Assembly (NCBI GenBank): GCA_964467915.1
Contig: CAYXSW010000006.1
Location: forward strand, 3,915 to 67,914
DNA length: 64,000 nt
DNA from: an uncultured Marinoscillum sp.
GTDB lineage: Bacteria; Bacteroidota; Bacteroidia; Cytophagales; MED-G16
Direction: 5' to 3'
How positions within the stretch are numbered: the stretch's first letter is position 1; each line of letters begins with the position of its first letter. The notes beneath the pieces are model-generated. The model did not search any database. It had not been told where the DNA came from and saw nothing but the letters and a program-made list of their open reading frames with translations. Both the position numbers and the translations under genes were made by a program. Below, one piece after another: positions 39,679 through 48,169 of the stretch.

Positions 39679-40977
39679 ATGAAAAATATTTTTATTTGTT
39701 TGTTTTTATTAACATTTTTTTCGTCGTATTCTCAAGTACCAGAACCTGTAAATAATCAAAGAGAATCAATTGTTCTAATTAATGGGACAATTCATGTTGG
39801 AAATGGAACTGTCATTGAAAATGGTGCTATAGCTTTTGAAAATGGAAAAATCACATATGTTGGTAGTAATTTTTCAAAATCACAATTTTCTTCATATAAA
39901 ATAATTGATGTCGATAATAAAGAAGTCTATCCAGGTTTAATTATTCCAAATTCTAGAGTTGGGTTGGAAGATATTTCTGCTGTGAGAGCTACTGTAGATC
40001 ATACAGAATTGGGAGATATAAATTCTAATATAAGATCTTTAATTGCTTATAATACGGATTCAGAAATGATTTCAACATTTAGATTTAATGGTGTTTTGCT
40101 TGCTCAAGTAACTCCATCTGGAGGCTTAATATCAGGAAATTCTTCTATAATGATGCTTGAAGGTTGGAATTGGGAAGATGCAGTATACAAGGCAGATGAG
40201 GGAATCCATATAAATTGGCCTAGAAAATTTTTTCCACCCAATCCATGGAGAGGCTCAACTGAATTTACTGAAAATCCTAATTATAAATCAGTAATAAATT
40301 TATTGGATAAGTTTCTAATTGATTCTAGAACATATTTTAACACAAATTCAGAAACAATAAACCTAAAATTGGAAGCAATGAAGAATGTATATAGAGGAAC
40401 TAAGAAAATATATCTTCATGTTGAAACTAGAGATCAAATTATTGAATCAGTTCAACTTCTTAAGAAAAGAGGAATAGATAATCTTGTTTTAGTTGGTGTT
40501 AGTGATGCTTATTATGCATTAGACTTTATTAAAGAAAACAATTTACCTGTTTTGTTAGATAATTTGCATAGAGTTCCATCTAGAAATCATGAAGATATAG
40601 ATTTACCATATAAATTACCATCTATTTTACATAGAGAAGGCATTTTAGTTGGATTAACAGCTGGTAGTGGCAGAAGAGTTAGTTTACATGGAAATAGAAA
40701 TCTTCCTTTTTTAGCAGGAACGGCTTCAGCATACGGTTTAGGAAAAGAGGATGCTTTAAAAATGATAACTTTAAATACTTCAAAAATTTTAGGAATTGAT
40801 AAAATTACAGGTTCCTTAGAGGAAGGTAAAGATGCTAATATAGTAGTATCATCTGGTGATATTTTAGATATGAAATCTAGTAAAGTAGAACTTGTGTTTA
40901 TTACTGGTAGAAAAATCAATCTTGATGGTAAGCAGCAAGTACTTTATGATAGGTTTAAAAGAAAATATTCTAAATAA
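39679..40977 (+). CDS. secreted amidohydrolase-fold protein lacking canonical HxH metal motif
   Basis: 432 aa with a signal peptide. GLIIPNSR sits at the HxH position. C-terminal GSLEEGKDANIVV is typical of the family's composite domain. 1-nt gap to the upstream gene. Confidence 0.72.
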   Translation: MKNIFICLFLLTFFSSYSQVPEPVNNQRESIVLINGTIHVGNGTVIENGAIAFENGKITYVGSNFSKSQFSSYKIIDVDNKEVYPGLIIPNSRVGLEDISAVRATVDHTELGDINSNIRSLIAYNTDSEMISTFRFNGVLLAQVTPSGGLISGNSSIMMLEGWNWEDAVYKADEGIHINWPRKFFPPNPWRGSTEFTENPNYKSVINLLDKFLIDSRTYFNTNSETINLKLEAMKNVYRGTKKIYLHVETRDQIIESVQLLKKRGIDNLVLVGVSDAYYALDFIKENNLPVLLDNLHRVPSRNHEDIDLPYKLPSILHREGILVGLTAGSGRRVSLHGNRNLPFLAGTASAYGLGKEDALKMITLNTSKILGIDKITGSLEEGKDANIVVSSGDILDMKSSKVELVFITGRKINLDGKQQVLYDRFKRKYSK

Positions 40978-40983
40978 TCCTAA

Positions 40984-41133
40984 TTACTCTTTTACAAAAA
41001 CTTTTGCTAAGTAATAGACCCCTAATAAGGATAAACCAGTAATTAATAAAATATCAGCACCTGTCCATGACATAAGCTTAAATAGTCCTGCAAAAATTGA
41101 TACTGAAAACCCTAAGTATTTTATTTTAATCAT
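40984..41133 (-). CDS. candidate small two-TM membrane protein (49 aa)
   Basis: Below the ORF-track length cutoff. My translation: MIKIKYLGFSVSIFAGLFKLMSWTGADILLITGLSLLGVYYLAKVFVKE. It fills an otherwise empty 169-nt gap and is hydrophobic-hairpin-like. Confidence 0.4.
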   Translation of the reverse strand: MIKIKYLGFSVSIFAGLFKLMSWTGADILLITGLSLLGVYYLAKVFVKE

Positions 41134-41146
41134 AATACTAAATTAG

Positions 41147-41569
41147 CTATAATTTTCCTTCAGTGCAAGTTGTATAAAGACCTCCTCTAACATTATACTT
41201 ACTTGTAATTTTAATTTTATTTGTTTTAAGAACTTCTTTTAAATCATTATAAATTCTTTTTGTTACTTCTTCTTGATATATACCTACATTTTTGAAGCTA
41301 ATTAAATAATATTTCAAAGATTTTAGTTCTAGGGCTACCTCTCCTTCAGGAAAATACTCAATTTTTATCTTAGCAACGTCGGGAATACCACTAAATGGAC
41401 ATACTGCAATAAATTCCTTTGTGTAAATCTTAATATATTGGCTTTTGCTATTGAATTTAAAAACTTTTAATTCATCTTTTTCTATAGATTCAACTGAGTC
41501 AAATTCAATTTTTTTTCCTTCAGCAGTCTGTCCAATATATGGGTCTACTATATTTGATTTTAAATCCAT
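41147..41569 (-). CDS. queF: NADPH-dependent 7-cyano-7-deazaguanine reductase (unimodular QueF)
   Basis: 140 aa. Catalytic Cys context AVCPFSGIPD and QueF motif ELKSLKYYL. Confidence 0.9.
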   Translation of the reverse strand: MDLKSNIVDPYIGQTAEGKKIEFDSVESIEKDELKVFKFNSKSQYIKIYTKEFIAVCPFSGIPDVAKIKIEYFPEGEVALELKSLKYYLISFKNVGIYQEEVTKRIYNDLKEVLKTNKIKITSKYNVRGGLYTTCTEGKL

Positions 41570-42225
41570 TTATTTTTTTTTGCTTTAAGATAACCTTTAT
41601 GTCTTAAAATACTAGCAGGATTATCTAGATTTCCAAGTCCCCAATCATTTACATTTTGAGATCCATTGTAATCTGTCATCGTAGATTTGATAATAGTCTC
41701 CAAACATCCAAGTTCATTTGCTAACTTCCAAGTTTGGGCTTTATCAAGTTTCATTAAGGGTGTATGTATTTCTATAGATTTTTCTGTAGCTAGGTGAATT
41801 GATTTTTTCATTGACTTAATAAAATCTTCTCTACAGTCAGGATATCCGCTAAAATCTGTTTCGCAAACACCAATAACTATATTTTCTATTCCTTTATTAT
41901 ATGCAATTGAGGAGGCTATAGACAGAAAAAGAAGATTTCTTCCTGGCACAAATGAATTAGGTAAATCTGGATTAGAAGGGTGATTTTTATTTAAGTCATC
42001 TTGAGAATTAATAAGAGCTGAATTAGATAGAATTTCTTTTAGAGAAATAACATCAAAAGAAATTTTTTCTTTATCACATACTTTTTTTCCAAAATCAAGC
42101 TCAATTAAATGTCTTTGACCATAATTAAAACCAATAGCTTCAATTGAATCAAATTTTTGTTTTGCCCAGTATAAACATGTTGTTGAGTCTTGACCTCCCG
42201 ATAATAATATTAGAGCTTTATTCAT
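41560..42225 (-). CDS. queC: 7-cyano-7-deazaguanine synthase
   Basis: 221 aa. PP-loop LLSGGQDSTTCL and Zn-Cys region near the C-terminus. Confidence 0.95.
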   Translation of the reverse strand: MNKALILLSGGQDSTTCLYWAKQKFDSIEAIGFNYGQRHLIELDFGKKVCDKEKISFDVISLKEILSNSALINSQDDLNKNHPSNPDLPNSFVPGRNLLFLSIASSIAYNKGIENIVIGVCETDFSGYPDCREDFIKSMKKSIHLATEKSIEIHTPLMKLDKAQTWKLANELGCLETIIKSTMTDYNGSQNVNDWGLGNLDNPASILRHKGYLKAKKNKWI

Positions 42226-43181
42226 TTTTTCTCAATAACCTCTAAAGCTGCTTCTTTTATTGATTTAGGATTTAGATTATATTTTTCTAATAAATCTAAA
42301 GGCTTTCCACTCTCACCAAATGAATCATTAACTCCAATAATTTTTAAGGGAATTGGAAATTTTTCTGATATTATTCGTGATATACTTTCTCCGAGACCAC
42401 CCATTACATTATGCTCCTCACAAGTAACAGCACATTTAGTTTTTTTAATACTTTCTATGATAATTGTTTCGTCAAGGGGTTTTATTGTATGAATGTTAAT
42501 TATCTCACAACTAATTCCTAAAGAAAATAAAATCTTTTCAGCTTCAAGTGCTTGCCACAGCATATGTCCCGTCGCAAAAATTGAGACATCATTACCTTCT
42601 ATGAACTTTATACCTTTACCAATTTCAAATTTAAATTTTTCGGAAGTGAATATAGGCCATTTAGGTCTACCAAATCTTAAATAGGCTGGTCCAATATGAT
42701 CTCCTAAAGCAATAGTAGCTAATTTTGTTTGGTTATAGTCACATGGATTGATTACTGTCATGCCTGGTAACATTTTCATCATGCCGATGTCTTCTAGAAT
42801 TTGATGCGTCGCTCCATCTTCTCCTAGTGTTAAACCTGCGTGAGACGCACAAATCTTTACATTTTTATGAGAGTAAGCTATAGATTGTCTTATCTGATCA
42901 TAAACCCTTCCTGTTGAAAAATTAGCAAAAGTTCCAGTGAATGGAATTTTTCCTCCTATTGTCAGACCAGCAGCAATACCCATCATATTAGCTTCAGCAA
43001 TCCCAACTTGAAAAAATCTATCTGGAAAATTATTTTTAAAGTCATTCATTTTTAGTGACCCAGTAAGGTCAGCACAAAGAGCTATTACATTCTCATTACT
43101 TTTTCCAAGTTCTGATAGACCATCTCCAAATCCAGATCTAGTATCTTTTTTTTCTTTATATGTATATTCTTTTCTTTCCAT
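42222..43181 (-). CDS. transketolase, C-terminal (pyrimidine-binding) subunit
   Basis: 319 aa. Motifs FQVGIAEANMMGIAAG and GEDGATHQ. ATGA overlap with the N-terminal subunit gene. Confidence 0.9.
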   Translation of the reverse strand: MERKEYTYKEKKDTRSGFGDGLSELGKSNENVIALCADLTGSLKMNDFKNNFPDRFFQVGIAEANMMGIAAGLTIGGKIPFTGTFANFSTGRVYDQIRQSIAYSHKNVKICASHAGLTLGEDGATHQILEDIGMMKMLPGMTVINPCDYNQTKLATIALGDHIGPAYLRFGRPKWPIFTSEKFKFEIGKGIKFIEGNDVSIFATGHMLWQALEAEKILFSLGISCEIINIHTIKPLDETIIIESIKKTKCAVTCEEHNVMGGLGESISRIISEKFPIPLKIIGVNDSFGESGKPLDLLEKYNLNPKSIKEAALEVIEKK

Positions 43182-44026
43182 CAGTAATCTCCAATTGTTT
43201 CTTTATTTTGATTTAATGCATCATTTAATTGATCATCATTTGGTGGGATCCCATGCCATTTATGAGAATTTTCCATAAAATCAACACCTTTTCCCATAAC
43301 TGTTTTCATAATGTTAATTACTGGAAAATCATTAAATAATTCATTTTTTGCTTTTTCTAGGGTGCAGGATAGACTTTCAAAATCATTGCCATCACTTTCA
43401 AAAACTTTCCAACCAAAAGACTCTAATTTGTCTTTAATATTAAGAAGAGAATTAATTTCATTAACTGGTCCATCAATTTGTTGACCATTTAAATCAATTG
43501 TAGCAATTATATTATCAACTTTATTATGAGCAGCATACATTAGGGCTTCCCAAATTTGGCCTTCTTGTAATTCTCCGTCACCCATTAGAACATAAACAAT
43601 GTTATTTTCTTTATTAATTTTTTTGGATAATGCAGAACCTATCGCAACAGAAAGACCTTGCCCCAGTGATCCTGATGCTACCCTTATTCCAGGTAACCCT
43701 TCGTGAGTTGCAGGGTGACCTTGTAGTCTTGAGTTTAATTTTCTAAAGGTGTTAAGTTCACTTTTATCAAAATAACCAGCTCTTGAGAGGACACTATAAA
43801 AAACAGGAGAAATATGACCATTAGATAGAAAAAACAAATCTTCGTTGAACCCATTCATATCAAAAGACTCATTTCTTTTCATTAAATTAAAAAATAAATA
43901 AACAAGAAAGTCAGTACAGCCTAGAGATCCACCTGGGTGTCCAGATTGTACTTGATGTACCATTCTTACTATGTCTCTTCTTACTTGTGAAGAGATATTT
44001 TTTAATTCTTCTATATTTTTACTCAC
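43181..44026 (-). CDS. transketolase, N-terminal (ThDP-binding) subunit
   Basis: 281 aa. Motifs SGHPGGSLG, SNGHISP and MGDGELQEGQIWEA. GTG start at 44026. Confidence 0.9.
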   Translation of the reverse strand: MSKNIEELKNISSQVRRDIVRMVHQVQSGHPGGSLGCTDFLVYLFFNLMKRNESFDMNGFNEDLFFLSNGHISPVFYSVLSRAGYFDKSELNTFRKLNSRLQGHPATHEGLPGIRVASGSLGQGLSVAIGSALSKKINKENNIVYVLMGDGELQEGQIWEALMYAAHNKVDNIIATIDLNGQQIDGPVNEINSLLNIKDKLESFGWKVFESDGNDFESLSCTLEKAKNELFNDFPVINIMKTVMGKGVDFMENSHKWHGIPPNDDQLNDALNQNKETIGDY

Positions 44027-44468
44027 CTAGAATTTGATTAGAGTGTTCTTTAGTTTTGACTTTCGTAATAATATCTGTGATAATTCCATCCTCATCAATA
44101 ATAAATGTATTTCTAGCAGTACCCATATATTTTCTTCCATACATATTTTTCTCAACCCATGTACCATATAATTTATGTACAGATTTGTCTTCATCCGAAA
44201 TTAAATCAAAATTTAAATCAAATTTTTCTATAAACTTTTGATGTGATTTCTCAGAGTCAGAACTGATCCCAAGAACAATATAATTTTCTTTATTTAAAAG
44301 GTTTTTATTATCTCTTAAATCACATGCTTGTGAAGTGCATCCAGGTGTATTATCTCTAGGATAGAAATATAATATCACTTTTTTTCCTTTATAACTTTTT
44401 AATTCAATTTCTTCACCACTTTGATTTTTTGACTTAAAGTTTGGTGCTTTATCTCCAATTTTTAACAT
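44019..44468 (-). CDS. bcp: thioredoxin-dependent thiol peroxidase (Bcp/PrxQ-type peroxiredoxin)
   Basis: 149 aa. Motif YFYPRDNTPGCTSQAC (Cys-x4-Cys). Confidence 0.9.
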   Translation of the reverse strand: MLKIGDKAPNFKSKNQSGEEIELKSYKGKKVILYFYPRDNTPGCTSQACDLRDNKNLLNKENYIVLGISSDSEKSHQKFIEKFDLNFDLISDEDKSVHKLYGTWVEKNMYGRKYMGTARNTFIIDEDGIITDIITKVKTKEHSNQILGE

Positions 44469-44469
44469 A

Positions 44470-46299
44470 TCATAAATTTAATATTATACTTTTTTTGTTT
44501 TTGGCATTATCAAATACTTCCAAAACAAATTTACCTCTAAATGCTTTATTCACATCTAATTTCTTAGATATAATTGTTTTATTTTTATTGTCATACTCGA
44601 ATAAAATCCAATTCCCATTTATTGTCCCATTATATGAATTTATACCAGATAATTCATCTTCTATCTTAAATTTAATTATTCTACTATTTGCATTAATAAT
44701 GTTGACTTTAGGTGGCTCATTATCTTCTAGAATAGAATAATTTGAAATTTTTCTTGTGTTAAATTTTATTTGATTATTGTCCCATGTCCCTCCAATAAAT
44801 GATGCTCTATTTTTTATATCATATACAAAAGACTTTTCTAATACATATTTTTTATCTGGTTTTAGAGTTATTTCAATACCTTTTTTAAAAGGAAGAGAGT
44901 TTTTAAACATAAATTTTTCTATTGTATCTGTCTTTTTTTCAAATTCTAGATATAGAGTATCAAAAACTCTTTTTTTATTTATATTAATTTTAAGATTCTT
45001 AGTTTCTACTTTATCAAAATTGTTGTCAGATATGAAATCTAAAAAATTAAAATTTAATTCTTTGTCATTTAGGATAGCTTTGATAGGTTTGTTTTTTCTT
45101 AAGTCAATCAAATAATAATTATAGTTACCCTCATTAAAGGAATAATTAAGGTTATCAATTGAATTTCCGTAAATTATATCAATATTATTTCTAATAGTAT
45201 TATCAGTTCTTATGATAAGAGTATTATCTATAACACAATAATTCTCATTAAATGATTGATCTATAATCCCTTTACTAACTTTCTTTCCAAGTTTATTAAC
45301 TTCAATTATTGCAGATGATTTATTTTTAAAAGAATCATAAACATTTATTCTTATAACGTATTCTTTTTTTGGGTCAATTGAAATTATTCCATTTCTTAAG
45401 GGATCATGAAAACTTAAATTATTTCCATCATCTTGATATAATTTAACATACTGTTTTCTTTGTTGTTTGTAGATAATTGGCTCTATAAACCAGCTAACAT
45501 TATTTGTCTCTGAATATTTTAACAAATTAATGTTGTTAGATATAATTAATGAATCATCTACATATAATTCAAATTTATTAATTCCTACTTTATTCAAAAA
45601 CCCATCAAGTCTGTCAAATGCAAGTGTTGATATTCCTATCTTGCCTTCAAGTTTTAGTTGTATAGGGTCATCATTTTTAATTGGAAACTTTATTATTCCA
45701 AATTTATTATTTACTCTTGAATTAATAGTTAGTGTTTTGAATGATATATAGTCTATACTAGGTTTTCTTTTATCAATTATCTCTTCAAATTCAAATCCTA
45801 ATGGATTAAGAGCATTATCTAAACTATCTCTAATTTCAAAATGCAAATGGGGTCCCCCTGAAGAACCGGAATTTCCAGAAAAACCTAAAAGTTCTCCTTT
45901 CTTATAGTGAAATTTTTTTCCTGGATATAAGTTTACAATAAACTTTTTATTTCTATACTGATAATTTAAAACATACCTTTCTAAGGTATTATTAAATTTA
46001 TTAAGGTGTGCATAAACTGATTTGTTTCCATCTTCATGTTTAAGATATACTACTTTTCCATATCCTGTTCCTGAGACTCGAATTCTTTCAATATAACCAT
46101 TAGATGTAGCATAAACTGGAACTCCTATTTTACCGTTTGTTTTTATATCTATACCCATATGAAAATGATCACCTCTTAATTCACCTAGGTTTCCAGATAA
46201 ATAGTTTTGAATACCAGCTTTTACAGGAAAAAAATAATCTTGAGACTTTAGATTAAATGATAAATAACTAAGAAATATTAATACTAAGAATTTTTTCAT
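44470..46299 (-). CDS. M23-family metallopeptidase with large C-terminal domain
   Basis: Motifs HFHMGIDI (HxxxD) and GGPHLHFEIRD (HxH). Signal peptide MKKFLVLIFLSYLSFNLKSQ begins at ATG 46299. The track ATG 46314 adds MVILK. Confidence 0.85.
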   Translation of the reverse strand: MKKFLVLIFLSYLSFNLKSQDYFFPVKAGIQNYLSGNLGELRGDHFHMGIDIKTNGKIGVPVYATSNGYIERIRVSGTGYGKVVYLKHEDGNKSVYAHLNKFNNTLERYVLNYQYRNKKFIVNLYPGKKFHYKKGELLGFSGNSGSSGGPHLHFEIRDSLDNALNPLGFEFEEIIDKRKPSIDYISFKTLTINSRVNNKFGIIKFPIKNDDPIQLKLEGKIGISTLAFDRLDGFLNKVGINKFELYVDDSLIISNNINLLKYSETNNVSWFIEPIIYKQQRKQYVKLYQDDGNNLSFHDPLRNGIISIDPKKEYVIRINVYDSFKNKSSAIIEVNKLGKKVSKGIIDQSFNENYCVIDNTLIIRTDNTIRNNIDIIYGNSIDNLNYSFNEGNYNYYLIDLRKNKPIKAILNDKELNFNFLDFISDNNFDKVETKNLKININKKRVFDTLYLEFEKKTDTIEKFMFKNSLPFKKGIEITLKPDKKYVLEKSFVYDIKNRASFIGGTWDNNQIKFNTRKISNYSILEDNEPPKVNIINANSRIIKFKIEDELSGINSYNGTINGNWILFEYDNKNKTIISKKLDVNKAFRGKFVLEVFDNAKNKKSIILNL

Positions 46300-46876
46300 T
46301 TTCAAGATAACCATCTAATTTATCACCAATTTTTACCTTACCAACTCCTTTAGGGGTTCCAGAAAAAATCAAATCACCTTTTTCCAGTGTTATGAAATTT
46401 GAAATATAATTTATAAGAAAGTCAATCTTATATATCATTAAATTTGAGTTTCCTTCCTGAACCAAAATATTATTTTTTTTTAATATAAAGTTAATACCAT
46501 TAAAGTCCTTAATTTTCTTTGCATTTACTAATTTTGATACTGCTGCAGAACCATCAAAACTCTTTGAAAAACCCCATGGGAGTCCATTTTTTTTGTTGTA
46601 AGACTGAATATCTCTAGCAGTAAAATCTATTCCTACACCCACTTTTGAGATATAATTAAAGGCATCTATTTTATCTATATTCTTTCCTTTATTTGAAATT
46701 TCATAAACCAGTTCAATTTCATGATGAATTTCTGAAGAAAAGCTTGGGTGTAAAAAGTTTTTACTTTTTAATAATGAACTTTCTGGTTTAAAAAAAATTA
46801 CAGGATCAACAGGAAATTCATTATTTAATTCTTTAATATGTTCAACATAGTTTCTTCCAACACAAATTATTTTCAT
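46268..46876 (-). CDS. fumarylacetoacetate hydrolase (FAH) family protein
   Basis: 202 aa. Motifs MKIICVGRNYVEHIKE, HHEIELV, DFTARD and LIFSGTPKGVG. Confidence 0.85.
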   Translation of the reverse strand: MKIICVGRNYVEHIKELNNEFPVDPVIFFKPESSLLKSKNFLHPSFSSEIHHEIELVYEISNKGKNIDKIDAFNYISKVGVGIDFTARDIQSYNKKNGLPWGFSKSFDGSAAVSKLVNAKKIKDFNGINFILKKNNILVQEGNSNLMIYKIDFLINYISNFITLEKGDLIFSGTPKGVGKVKIGDKLDGYLENEKILSINIS

Positions 46877-46888
46877 TATATCAAATTA

Positions 46889-48166
46889 TTAAATTATTCC
46901 AATTGCAGTAAAGTCTTTATCAATTGTCTTTAATTTGGTTTTAAAAATTTTACCTATATAATTTTCTTTATATTTCACTTTTGTCTTTATATAATTATCA
47001 GTGTATCCAAATATATAACCTTCTTTTACTTTATTTTCGAAAAGTACGTCTTTTGACAAATTTAAGTTTGAATCATAAAATTTCCTCTTTTTCTTTTCTG
47101 AGAGTTCTCGTAATATTTTTGATCTTTCGTTTCTTTTGTTTTGTGGAACTATATCTCTTATTTCTATTGCTCTAGTGTTATTTCTTTCTGAATATGGAAA
47201 TACATGCAAATAAGATATATCTAGACTTTTAATAAATTTTAAAGTTTTATCAAACTCATTGTCATTTTCATCAGGAAAACCAACAATTACATCTGCTCCT
47301 ATGCATGCATCAGGCATAAGTTTTTTTATTTTGTTTATTTTATCATTATATAATTCAATATTATATCTTCTGGACATCTTTTTTAAAATGTTATTTGACC
47401 CTGATTGTAAAGGGATATGAAAATGGTTTACAAACTTTTTTGAATTAGCTACAAGTTCAATTATATCATCATTAAGTAAATTAGGTTCGATTGAAGATAT
47501 TCTAAACCTCACATCATTTGTTTTATTTTCTATAAACTTAAGTAGTGAGAAAAAATTATTTTTTCTTTTTCCATCCACTATTCCATAGTCTCCTAAATTT
47601 ATTCCACTGAGAATAATTTCTTTTGATCCTTTATCTATCAAATCATTTATTTTAGATAAAACATTTTTAGGTTCAGCAGATCTGCTTTTCCCTCTGGCCA
47701 ATGGAATTGTACAGAAAGAACATCCATAATTACAGCCATCTTGAATTTTTAAAAAAGATCTTGTCCTATCATCAATTGAAAATGTAGAATTAAATTCTTT
47801 CGATTGACTGATATCTGAATGAATTATAGATTTGTTGTTTATATAACTATCAAAATTAAATTTTTCTTTAGTTCCAATTACTTTATCTACACCGGCAATA
47901 TTTTTAATTGAATCAGGTTTTAATTGAGCAAAACATCCTACAATTGTTACTATTGAGTTTGGTGAATGTTTCTTGATTTTTTTTATAAGGTCCTTACATT
48001 TTTTATCAGCGTTTTCTGTTACAGAACATGTATTAATTACAATACTATCAGGGTTATTATAAATAGATTTATTTTTATATCCATTTTCTTTAAATATTCT
48101 AGAAATTGATGATGTTTCTGAATAGTTTAATTTGCAACCAAATGTATAGAATCCTACTGTTTTCAT
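46889..48166 (-). CDS. mtaB: tRNA (t6A37) methylthiotransferase MtaB (radical SAM)
   Basis: 425 aa. N-terminus VGFYTFGCKLNYSETSSI (MtaB-like rather than MiaB/RimO) and radical-SAM motif CNYGCSFCTIP. Confidence 0.82.
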   Translation of the reverse strand: MKTVGFYTFGCKLNYSETSSISRIFKENGYKNKSIYNNPDSIVINTCSVTENADKKCKDLIKKIKKHSPNSIVTIVGCFAQLKPDSIKNIAGVDKVIGTKEKFNFDSYINNKSIIHSDISQSKEFNSTFSIDDRTRSFLKIQDGCNYGCSFCTIPLARGKSRSAEPKNVLSKINDLIDKGSKEIILSGINLGDYGIVDGKRKNNFFSLLKFIENKTNDVRFRISSIEPNLLNDDIIELVANSKKFVNHFHIPLQSGSNNILKKMSRRYNIELYNDKINKIKKLMPDACIGADVIVGFPDENDNEFDKTLKFIKSLDISYLHVFPYSERNNTRAIEIRDIVPQNKRNERSKILRELSEKKKRKFYDSNLNLSKDVLFENKVKEGYIFGYTDNYIKTKVKYKENYIGKIFKTKLKTIDKDFTAIGII

Positions 48167-48169
48167 TAT

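Noticed and set aside
42222-44026. Transketolase encoded as two ORFs, a possible frameshifted pseudogene
   Set aside because: The junction is a clean ATGA stop/start overlap, and both halves carry intact domain motifs. Split N- and C-subunit transketolases are a known natural form.
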